Source: Chromera velia
Lineage: Eukaryota
NCBI GenBank assembly: GCA_018398765.1
Contig: JAHBMJ010000125.1
Coordinates: 1-57,050, forward strand
Reading direction: 5' to 3'
DNA: 57,050 nucleotides
The notes under the pieces were generated by a model. That model was not told where the DNA came from. It ran no database searches and saw nothing but the letters and a program-made list of their open reading frames with translations. Made by a program: the position numbers and the translations under genes. Shown here piece by piece: positions 25,015 through 35,977 of this stretch (position 1 is its first letter; every line of letters begins with the position of its first letter).

Positions 25015-26681
25015 TCAAACAGGAAGAGAGGGGAGAAGCTTGCACTTCTGGTCGTTGTTATCAACACAGATGCCTCCACCTCCGCACTCCTTACAGCTGG
25101 AGCGCTGCCGGCCATGCTCACAGATGCTACTCCCTCCGCACTCCTTGCACTGGAAGCGAATACGACCGTGCTGATAGATGCTCTTGCCTCCGCATTCCTT
25201 GCACTCACATCGTCTCCTACCGTGTTCACAGATGCTCTTTCCTCTGCACTCCTTGCATGAAGAGCGGATTCTTCCATGCTCATAGATGCTCTTCCCTCCA
25301 CACTCCTTGCAACGGTAGCGCTCTCTGCCGTGCTCACAGATGCTCTTCCCTCCGCACTCCTTGCACAGAGAGTGCTGGCAGCCGTGCTGACAAAAACTAC
25401 TTCCTCCGCACTCCTTGCACCTGTGACGCTGACGGCCGTGCTCACAGATACACTTCCCTCCACAATCCTTGCACTGAGAGCGGATTCTTCCGTGCTCACA
25501 GATGCTCTTCCCCCACACTCTTTGCATCTGTGACGCTGACGGCCGTGCTCACAGATACACTTCCCTCCACAATCCTTGCACTGAGAGCGGATTCTTCCGT
25601 GCTCACAGATGCTCTTCCCTCCACACTCCTTGCACCTGTAACGCTGACGGCCATGCTCACAGATGCCCTTCCCTCCACACTCCTTGCACTGAGAGCGCTG
25701 ACGGCCGTACTCACAAATACTCTTCCCTCCGCACTCCTTGCACCTACAGCGAACCCGCCCATGTAAGCAGAGAATCTGCCCGTGGCGGTTCCTCTTCACT
25801 TCTCCTCCCCCCTCCCCCCCCCAGCGAATCACTACAAGACACAACCACTTTCCCTCCCCCGATCGGACCCCCCCTCCTTACACAGAACTCAGAAGAGAGA
25901 CGGGCGCAGTCCGAAACAGACACAGTCAACTGACGCTGCTTCTCTTCACGCATCTGTATCCCCTGCTTCCCCTGCAACACAGCCCCCTCTCCGGCAACAG
26001 AAAAGCCAGACAAGGCATCACACTCGTCCGCCTCAGCTTCAGAGCCAACGATATCTGACCGATGGCGTTTCACTAGAACTTCAACGCCGTGTGTCCTCTG
26101 CCCCTCTTTTTGCTGGCATTCAAGGAGAGGCAGGTGAGAGGAGGACAGAGGGAGGAAGCGAGGGATCCTATTATCAACTTCGGTATCAGCGGGACGTTTA
26201 CAGTCACCCACTAAAGTGGCACAGTCAGAATGCACAACCTCGACATACTCGGTACCTCTTATCAGACTTCTCTCTCCGGACACGCCACCCACTCTGTCAA
26301 AATGAACAGTGTTGTGTATGTCGTGTATGTGCACAGGGTGAGGAACAGTGTCTGATGAGAGACAGCTGTTCTGAAAGGGGGACTGCTGCTGAGGTAAAGA
26401 AAAAGAAGGAGCGACACAGGACACTCTCTCTAAGACGAACTCCTGTCCGCCCTCTCTTCTGTCTAATCGAGGTGCAGAGATCGAATCAGAAAGGGAAGAG
26501 AGACGGCGGCGCTTCGGACCCTCACACACTATACTCACCCCGTCCCCCTCTGTGGGCGTCTCTTGGAAGACGCACTGACTCTCTCTAACCCTTTGACTCG
26601 GATTAGAGACAGGATCACCCTTTCCCATTCCCCCACTCACAGTCTCTTCAATCTCCCCCCCGAAAACATCTGCCCCCCTCA
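25015..26681 (-). pseudogene. 3' half of CBM20/zinc-finger-array gene, type B (~13 CxHGRxRxxCKECGG repeats), frameshifted
   Basis: ADVFGGEIEETVSGG... is collinear with 51277 onward; frameshifts at G-runs near 25810 and 25512. Confidence 0.85.
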
Positions 26682-28329
26682 AACTGACTGTACTGACAAT
26701 TGAAACTTTTGTACTAGAAAGTGACTTTTAATTTTCTATATATCACACTAAATTTTATATAAAAAACTAAGTCTTTAAAGCACTTAGAATGATTCTATTT
26801 ATTGTTTTTTACCTGCATGAAAGTATGAACAACTTTTAAAGATAAGGTTTAATGGGTTTATGGTGTGTATGTTAGAAATTGTTGGACGTGAGTGAGGTAA
26901 AAGAGTTACAGTATATTGATATATCGGGGAGTGATTGCAGACTCCACAGAATCTCTCTGATATGTGACCATGTGTAGTGTAATGCATAAACAAGCTAACT
27001 TTTACTTCTAATGGAATACACCGAATCTGCATACTGATGTAAGGAGGGAGCACACAGTGGACAACCCCCATGAAAGGTAAGAATGAATGTGCGTAAACAG
27101 ATCTGCCGATTTGACACCCACAGAAAGTAGTTCAACCAAACAAATGTTGAGCACTATGACCGTATAAGAGGTAAATGCTTAGCTTCTGAAAGCCTGATCG
27201 ATCCATGGCCTCTAGCTAGAGGGCCTTGCCCACGACCGGCCATCATAGCGTTCTTGTTTTTTCTGGGTGAAGCCCGGCACTGGCCACTGGGTCTTAGTCT
27301 ACCCAGGAGCCCTACCTCCAAATTTTCGTGCAAACAAGAGCTGCGCCTCACTCCCATAACTTCAGATCACCCGAGATTACCAGCTGTAATGCTTTCTCAT
27401 GAAACCTAAGCACCGACAAACGGTCCTCCGAGAAAGGCTCAGTCTGACCTGCAGCACAGATATGCAAAAATTCATAAAGTGGCTCACCTTCTGGCCACCC
27501 AGAGCTGGCCTCCTTATCCAAAAAGCCTTTCCAGCTCATCATCTAGAGCTTGTAAGAGCGCATGCACAGAAGGGATTCAATGGAAGCTTTACTGGGGCAA
27601 CTTCGTAGGCCCCTTTGCGTGGAGACGGGCCGTGCCCTTCGTGATGGAAGATCGAAATTGCCCTCTCAGGGTAACCAGTAGAGTAAATGTCATAAACCCA
27701 ACAAAAAGCAAAGAAGCCAATCCTCTGGGCTTTCGATAAAGCCTACTTTCATTGCTGGAGAGCAAGTCTGTGTGATAGGAGAGAGGCGGCACTAGGTCTT
27801 GCTCTGATTGACTTGAAACATTCGATGGAAAGCCGATTTTGGGAGCCGATTTTAGATTGGCCAACCATGTGATGGCCCCAAAAGGCAAGCTACGCGTTGC
27901 AGGCCAGGGCCCGGCCGGCCACCAAGGCCAAAAAGCACTTCCCGGCTGCGCGCTGACCCATCAAAATGCCGATCTGAAAAATTTTCAGTCAGGTCTTCAG
28001 AAAGTTCTCCTCCACTCAGAAAGTCGGGTCAACAGAATGGGCCTCTATCCACAAAATCTCGTTGTCAAGCGTTCCATTGGATTGTATTGGAAGGCTTGAC
28101 AACGACGAAATCGTGTTCAACTTGTTATTCGAGAACCTCATTTTTGGAGGGGTTACAGATTCCGGAGTTTTGTACCCCTCCGGTATCTGTGTTGGCTAGA
28201 CACCTCTGGTTGCTCGTGGGAGTGGTTGCCTCGGTGCAAAGGAGTTGTCTGACAACTAGAAGGGTTGCCGGACTGGTTTGGGTCGCTCAATCAGGTCAGT
28301 TCGTTTTATGTCGTTCCACCAGCAACAAA

Positions 28330-28399
28330 GGGGGGTAGACCCTCTCGCAGGGGTACGAAACGACCCAATTTCGTACCCCTGCGAGAGGGTCCACCCCCC
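28330..28399. repeat. 31-bp-stem hairpin with 8-nt loop CGACCCAA
   Basis: ggggggtagaccctctcgcaggggtacgaaa / tttcgtacccctgcgagagggtccacccccc, one mismatch. Confidence 0.95.
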
Positions 28400-28769
28400 C
28401 CTCCCAGTGAAGGAATTAAAAAAATCTTGTTTGCAGAGATGAGCTTTCTTGGTGCATGCAGAAGGCTTTGTATGATGTCTGTAAGTGTTCCTGTGTGGTT
28501 GCAACCTGGCCATTGTGGTTGCTGAGCGACTGACCGGTCTGCCCTCGGCAAGGCAAAAAACTGCCGTCTTCCTTTACCTGTGTTGCTCACCTCTGCCCCC
28601 CTCCTCTGCTCTTTGCAGGTCGTGGGTATCCTCCAGGAGATGCTTGTTTTATGTCCTAGTCCTTCTTCAACTCCTCCAGAGGTAGGTCTTTGCATTTTTA
28701 TTAAGGCCGCAGTCTTCAGACTGCGAAAGGGAATAGCGCCCCTACGTGCCGAGCCTATGTTTTTTTCTA

Positions 28770-30700
28770 CCTGCCTGACTGCCTTCGAAATTTCGCCATT
28801 CTTGCCTGCTTGACTGCCCTCTAGCTTTCAGCCTTTCTGTCTGGCTAAATGTCTTCCCAATTTCGGCCTTTCCGCCCGCCCTATTGCCTTCCTAATTTCG
28901 GCCTTTGCCGCGCTCCCAATTTCGGTCTTCCTGCCTGCCCGATTGCCTTCCCAATTTCGGCCTTCTTGCCTACCTGACTGCCTTCCAGAGTTTTGTATTC
29001 CTGCCATGCTGACTGCTTTCCCATTTCGGCCTTCTTGCCTGCCTGACTGCCCTTTAAATTTCGGTCTTTCTGTCTGCTTCAATGCTTTCTAAATTTCAGC
29101 CTTTCTGTCTGCCTGACTGACTTCGCAATTTCGGCCTTCCTGCCTATCCGGTTGCCTTCCCAATTTCGGCTTTCCTGCCTGCCTGTTTGTCTTCCCTATT
29201 TTGGCCTTCCTTCCTGCCCAAGTTTCCTCCTAACGCTTCCTAATTTCGGTCATTCTGCTTGCCCAATGGCCTTCCCAATTTTGTTCTTCCTGCTGGCCCG
29301 ACTGTCTTCCCAAGTTCGGCCTTCTTGTATGTCTAACTGCCTCCCAGAGTTCGTTCTTTCTGCCTACATGCCTGCNNNNNNNNNNNNNNNNNNNNNNNNN
29401 NNNNNNNNNNNNNNNNNNNNNNNNNNNNNNNNNNNNNNNNNNNNNNNNNNNNNNNNNNNNNNNNNNNNNNNNNNNNNNNNNNNNNNNNNNNNNNNNNNNN
29501 NNNNNNNNNNNNNNNNNNNNNNNNNNNNNNNNNNNNNNNNTCCACCAGGGGTACGAAATTGGGTCGTTTCGTACCCCTGCGAGAGGGTCCACCCCCCCCT
29601 CCCAGTGAAGGAATTAAAAAAATCTTGTTTGCAGAGATGAGCTTTCTTGGTGCATGCAGAAGGCTTTGTATGATGTTTGTAAGTGTTCCTGTGTGGTTGC
29701 AACCTGGCCATTGTGGTTGCTGAGCGACTGACCGGTCTGCCCTCGGCAAGGCAAAAAACTGCCGTCTTCCTTTACCTGTGTTGCTCACCTCTGCCCCCCT
29801 CCTCTGCTCTTTGCAGGTCGTGGGTATCCTCCAGGAGATGCTTGTTTTATGTCCTAGTCCTTCTTCAACTCCTCCAGAGGTAGGTCTTTGCATTTTTATT
29901 AAGGCCGCAGTCTTCAGACTGCGAAAGGGAATAGCGCCCCTACGTGCCGAGCCTATGTTTTTTTCTACCTGCCTGACTGCCTTCGAAATTTCGCCATTCT
30001 TGCCTGCTTGACTGCCCTCTAGCTTTCAGCCTTTCTGTCTGGCTAAATGTCTTCCCAATTTCGGCCTTTCCGCCCGCCCTATTGCCTTCCTAATTTCGGC
30101 CTTTGCCGCGCTCCCAATTTCGGTCTTCCTGCCTGCCCGATTGCCTTCCCAATTTCGGCCTTCTTGCCTACCTGACTGCCTTCCAGAGTTTTGTATTCCT
30201 GCCATGCTGACTGCTTTCCCATTTCGGCCTTCTTGCCTGCCTGACTGCCCTTTAAATTTCGGTCTTTCTGTCTGCTTCAATGCTTTCTAAATTTCAGCCT
30301 TTCTGTCTGCCTGACTGACTTCGCAATTTCGGCCTTCCTGCCTATCCGGTTGCCTTCCCAATTTCGGCTTTCCTGCCTGCCTGTTTGTCTTCCCTATTTT
30401 GGCCTTCCTTCCTGCCCAAGTTTCCTCCTAACGCTTCCTAATTTCGGTCATTCTGCTTGCCCAATGGCCTTCCCAATTTTGTTCTTCCTGCTGGCCCGAC
30501 TGTCTTCCCAAGTTCGGCCTTCTTGTATGTCTAACTGCCTCCCAGAGTTCGTTCTTTCTGCCTACATGCCTGCCTTCCAATTTTAGTGTTCTTAGCGGCC
30601 TGACTGCCTTCCAATTTCAGCTTTCTTGCCCGCCTGATTGCCTTCCCAATTTTGGCTTTCCTGCCCGTCCGATTGCTTTCCCAATTTCGGTCTTCCTGCT
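28770..30700 (+). repeat. Degenerate ~35-bp minisatellite (TGCCTTCCCAATTTCGGCCTTCCTGCCTGCCTGAC-like) within a ~1-kb near-identical duplication flanking an N gap
   Basis: Recurrent ccaatttcggc core at 28770-29375 and 29968-30700; 28369-29375 is repeated at 29567-30573. Confidence 0.85.
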
Positions 30701-31249
30701 TTCATGTATTATTCTGATACAAATTAAAGATACAAGTTGTGTTTGCATGCATGCTTTTATGTGTATTCTAGCGATTCGACTGACTTTCTGTTTGTGTGCA
30801 CGTATTTCTGCAGGTAGCGTTCACGGGTGTGTTTGATATATACTGAGATGCCCCCTCCCCCCCCCCCCCCCCCNNNNNNNTACCCCTGACACGCCCGCCG
30901 TTGAGCAGTGCCTCATATGAATTGAAAACAAAACAGTTATGATCATGAAAAGAAATGCTTCAATCAGATCGATTCAGAGCCATTCAGATGCATTTCTTAT
31001 GATGTTTTCATCTTAGCGTTAATTTACGATGATAGGTACCAGACAATTTATGGTTTTAAAAAAATATATACTCTATATATACATTTTTTTATTTCATTTT
31101 TTAAACATCTTACTAAGCTTAAATAGTCTTAAATAAATCATGAAAATCAATTAGTTTAAAGGTTAAACTATCTATTTTAATGTTTTAAAAACTAAATTTT
31201 TCAAAGTCACTTTCCAGTACAAAAGTTTCAATTGTTAGTACAGTCAGTT

Positions 31250-32330
31250 CTCACCCCACCCCCTTCATTAAAGCTACAGGTGCAAATCGAAAAGACTGAT
31301 CAGACCCCCCATCTCTTCTTCTCTCCCCCCTCACCTCACTTTGTCCCTTCTGGAGAAACACAGCTACAGACATACAGGTCTGAGGATGACAACTGGAAAC
31401 AGCAACAGAGTTAGGAGATGCCACCAGAATGCCACCACCACCACCACCACCCTGCTGGCAGTGTTCCGATATGGTCACCCTGTCTGTGGGGCGGGACAAA
31501 TCAGCTTCAGACTGTACACGCTGAGTCATGTCACGAGAGGCAAAAGTCGGAGACGAAGACGAGAGCCTCAGGCCAGGGGGCAGTGCGGAAACGGAAAGCG
31601 GGGCACTCTCAATCGCCGCAGGCAGACCTTTCAAAGTTCCCCACTCCTTCGTCTCCCCCTCCTCCTCCTGTTCCTTCTCACTATCCAATTCTGAGGGGAC
31701 ATAGGGGAGACTGTGCTGTTCGACTTCCTGCTGTGCTGACACCATGTCCTCCCATGTCAACGGAGTCACCTGTGTCCCCCCCTCTCCCCAACGTCCGCCA
31801 AACAACACAAACATACCATCGACAACCTCCACCTCCCGCAGCCCACACCCCAAAGGCTCCCCCCACACGCACCCACGACAGCCCTGACTTTGACCGTCTG
31901 TGGAAGATGCTGCTGAGAGGACTGAGGTGACGGCGGAAGAGTTTTGACAACCATGAAAACCATCTATTTGAGAATCAATGAGGGCAAACTGAAACTGAAG
32001 CTGAGAGCACGCCTTATGACTGAGCGGAAAGGACATCCACACGCCTGGGAAGGCAGGGTTCTTCACTCGATGGAGGGTGATGCCGCGACTCGCGTCCCAC
32101 TCTCCGAGCTCAGAACTGCTCCCAACAACCACCAACATCTACCCCTCCTGAGGCTCCACACCCGTACAAGCAAAAAGCACAACACCCGTCTCCGCCTCCA
32201 CCATCGCGACGAAAAGTGCAGGGAAAGACAAAAACCAACCCTCGACTGATCTCTGCACGCACACGGACAGATCTACAGAGGTCACAGAGCATGCCGGCGT
32301 CAATTGCCGGCCGAAAGCATGAGCTTCCAT
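31250..32330 (-). pseudogene. 5' half of CBM20/zinc-finger-array gene, type B
   Basis: MEAHAF...MVEAETGVVLFACTGVEPQEG*MLVVVGSSSELGEWDASRGITLHRVKNPAFPGVW; TAG at 32139 aligns with CAG in the 50-kb copy. Confidence 0.85.
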
Positions 32331-35300
32331 TAATGTAGAGTTGATATAAAAAAAAGAAACAGACAAGTCTTCCTAGCTCGCTTGAGATGGAATTCTACCT
32401 GTATGGATGCTCACGTGATTGATTCTCTTCCCGTCTACACGTGGAAAGGGACACACACTAGAGAGGCCAGCTCGGTGAGAAGGTGCAACGACACTGTAGC
32501 GTTTCTTGCACCGCGCGGTTGCTTTCGCCAACTTCCTCCCTCTAGCTGAGCACAACCGTCGAACGAATGCTTGAGTTGCAGAGAGTGACAAGAGAAAGAG
32601 TGGGAACGTCTCAGAGTCCAATCCTCTTCCGGTAGCTTTCAAACAGTCGCTACTGACAACCAAAGGCAAAAATAGTGAAAACCCGCTTCTTCTAAGCCTT
32701 TTGATTGGCTGCTCCTCGATCGAGAGAAACAGAGCACGTCACTCCCTTTCCTTTCCTCCCTCTCTCCCTCCCTTTCCTTTCTTTTTCCTTCCTTCCTTCC
32801 TCCCTTCCTTCCTTCCTTCTTTCCTTCCACTTAGAAGTGCCCTCCTTTGTCCGGTCATTCGTTCTTTATATTGTCTGTTTGCTCTTTCTCCCCCTTCTCT
32901 CTCTGTCTGACAAGGGGGGGGCCTTCTCGATCGCCCACTTTTCTCTTTGTCGTGCCTCGATCTTCATTAGATGAGCTTCCTCAATAAATGCACAGGGCAA
33001 GTCTCTTTGTTTGAGTAACCTGAGTCGGATTGCGTTGTTGTGGATGGGAGGTAGGAGACAAGGCGAAACCGTGCTGCGATTGCGTGTCTCAAAACCAAAA
33101 AAGGAAAACGAGGTCAACAATCGTGAGATCTAATCGTTTGTCCCCTTTGCATTGACTTAGATGGAAACTTGTCTTCTTTCTTTGTTTCTTTCTTTTCAGT
33201 TTTGATAGGCGGTGAGGAGGTCGAGAGAGAAGGCGCCTCATACAGAGAGCTTATGAGAGTCTCTCTCAATCAGTAAGAGAGAGCCCTTGTCAGTGAGGAA
33301 GGATGAGGAGGGCTCTCTCTTGGTAATTCTGTAGCACAGCTCTGTCACAGGTGTTTTGCGCCAGCCTCTCTCCTATCAGCCATGCAGATATTTCAGGTGG
33401 ACAATGTCAATGGGAAGGAGGTGGTGAATGAATGTGGGCTGCAGGTAAATCCTTTATCTTTGGTAGCCCGTCTGTTTGAGATGGCTGCCGGCTTCTGTGC
33501 ATGCAGTCTGAGATGGCGAAGTGAAGGAGGCATCGGGAAAGGAAGAGGGCCAGGAGAGCTCAATGTGAAAAGATCGGGGAGACAGAGAGAGAAAACACAG
33601 AGGGAAGAGAGGAAGCTGCATCATGTCAGGTGGAAGACAGAGCAGCAGAGCTGCATGAGAATGAATTTTGTGTTTTTATGGAGTCTTTCATGCATTCTGG
33701 GTCTCTTCTTTTCCTTTTTTGTTCCCTTGGTCCATCCCGTCCCATGCAAGAGGCTCCGTCAGTCCAGTGACACTCAGATTACAACTGGCTTTCGAAGCAC
33801 GAAGACGGTTTTAGTTCTCTTTTTGGATGGTTTTTTGACCACTTAGATAGAATCACTTGCGACCCTTCAATTTTCTCTTCAATACTCTGACCAACCTCGA
33901 TTTCATCAGACTCCTATCCTTCAAATATCTTTAAATTCTAAATTTCTGATGCATCCATCATCGTTTATTGAATTAATGATGAGAATGAATTAATTTATTC
34001 AGAATGTGCTCCAGGGGTTTGTTTGCCTCTCATGGCTGTGCATGGATGTCGGATTCAAAATGAATGCATTGGGTCTGCTTCTGCCAGGGGTGAGAATTTG
34101 AATGTGGGCCACTGTGTGAGAGGGGGGGTGACAAATTAACTTTTAATTTGACTTAACATTTTTGACTATACCAAACATTTTTTCTAGTTATAAAAAAAAA
34201 TGTTAGAAGCCTTTAGCATCTGGCTAGGATAGGGTTATTAGGATAGGATAGGATAGGATTAATGTTCTGGGTTGCTCCACGGTCCACTGCCGGGCCTCGA
34301 CTTGCACTGTCGAGAAGTTGCTCAGACATTTGCATCCAGATAGAGCGTTTTACACTAGGTTTTAGAATAACTTTTAGACTGAAGACGTGTACGGCGGTAG
34401 TGGTGTATTTTCCGCGCATGAAGATGACTGTGACCCCAGATTTGCAAGCGTAATAGGGGGATGCGGGGGGTACTTTCAAAACAGCCCAACATGTATGCGA
34501 GAAGGTGTTTGCTTCTAGGCGCTTTAAGCCCGTACGTTTTATACCTAGTTTTTTACATTATTTTAATTTCAACTTTACACTCCCTAATACCTCTCTATAT
34601 TTCTCGAAATTTATGAATCAGAGTCACCAGACTTTTTCCAAATGGTAAGTTCACTTAAGTTCATTTTTTGAAACGGTAAGTCAAAATGCTCGGTAACCAG
34701 ACTTTTTCACCAAAGATATTCCACTCAGCATTATTTAGGTATAGTCACTACTACTGTAGTAATGTCTAATATGTGTTTGATTAGCAGCAGTGGCTGTTGC
34801 AATAGATCTAGCAACAGATATATAATCATAAATTGTATAAAAAACTTAATTTTAAATCAAAATTTTTGATTTTATTGTCATTTTAAGGACTCAGTGGTTT
34901 ATACGGATACTCAGAGGACAACGAGAACGCCACAAATGAAAGCAACTGCTTAACAACGCATTTAATAGTTCTAAATAGTTCAAATTGTATTCAAAATACA
35001 TTCATGCAAATTCTTAGTGACACTTCCATGAATGGTATAAAAATAGCGAGAATCGCATGCACGCATCCCGCCAGGCATCCCGTTCACTTTCTGAATCATA
35101 TGTGCAAAAAAATTTGCATGCGTAGTGTCACTTTGTTGAATGATATTTCTGCGGTGATAATCCTGCACGCTTCCCCCCTTTGTCCCTTTCCCATTCCCTT
35201 TCTGTATAGGTAATAATTCCATTTCACGTACAGCATCTCTCCCCACTTCCCTTTTCCCTTTCCCTTCACCCAGAGGAACGACTCGCCGTTAAACAGCTGA

Positions 35301-35977
35301 TCAGCGCAGGAAGACCCTTTGTGACCTTGTGAAATGGACTCAAATTTATTTGTGCACTGCAAGGCACAAGGTCGATACGGAACCAAACGGAGCGAAGAGG
35401 TTCGAAAAGTTGCACCGTTTGCATCTCCCCGTATATGCTGTAAAGGAAGGGCATTCAGGTGCATCCCTGCAGGCATACTTCTGGGATTGCGTCTCCGATT
35501 CCTGCGCACTCGATCAGGTGAGCTGCCAGTGCAGGCTGCTCTTTCTTCCCTTCATTCTCCAGCCTTTCAAAGTTACTCTTGGAAAGAAATGCTGCATGCA
35601 GATCAAAACCGTTCTCCTTTACTCCTGCTACTGTACCATGCAGACTGCCTTGTACTGTACTCTGCTGTACGCCAACGCACTTCAGATTGGCCCTCTTAGT
35701 TCCCCCAACCCCCTCACCCCTAATCCCGCCGGGGCCCAGCCAAGAATGTACCCAGACCTACCCTTTCATTCCCTTTACCCTTTCCCATCCCTTCATTCTG
35801 TTCTTTTCAGAAGTCCCTCCAATCCAACCCCGTCTCTTTTCTGCACCGCCGTTCCTTTTCCTCTTCCAGTCATCAAACAATCAGATGAAACAACCCTTTC
35901 GCCTTTGCATACACGCTTGTGCCTCACATGCCATTTCCTTTTGAGCGTAAGGCAGAAACATACACAGGCGGCATCGG

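Larger units (their letters stand above)
26682..31249. mobile_element. DNA-transposon-like insertion with 47-bp TIRs and 4-bp CTCA target-site duplication
   Basis: 26682-26728 aactgactgtactgacaattgaaacttttgtactagaaagtgacttt is the reverse complement of 31203-31249 with 2 mismatches; CTCA at 26678-26681 and 31250-31253; it interrupts a gene that is contiguous in the paralogue at ~51250-51285. Confidence 0.9.

Noticed and set aside
28369..30573. 1-kb tandem duplication as a true genomic tandem
   Set aside because: Near-identical copies abut an N gap, so an unmerged contig overlap or a misplaced repeat copy is likely; only the hairpin variant is kept as a finding
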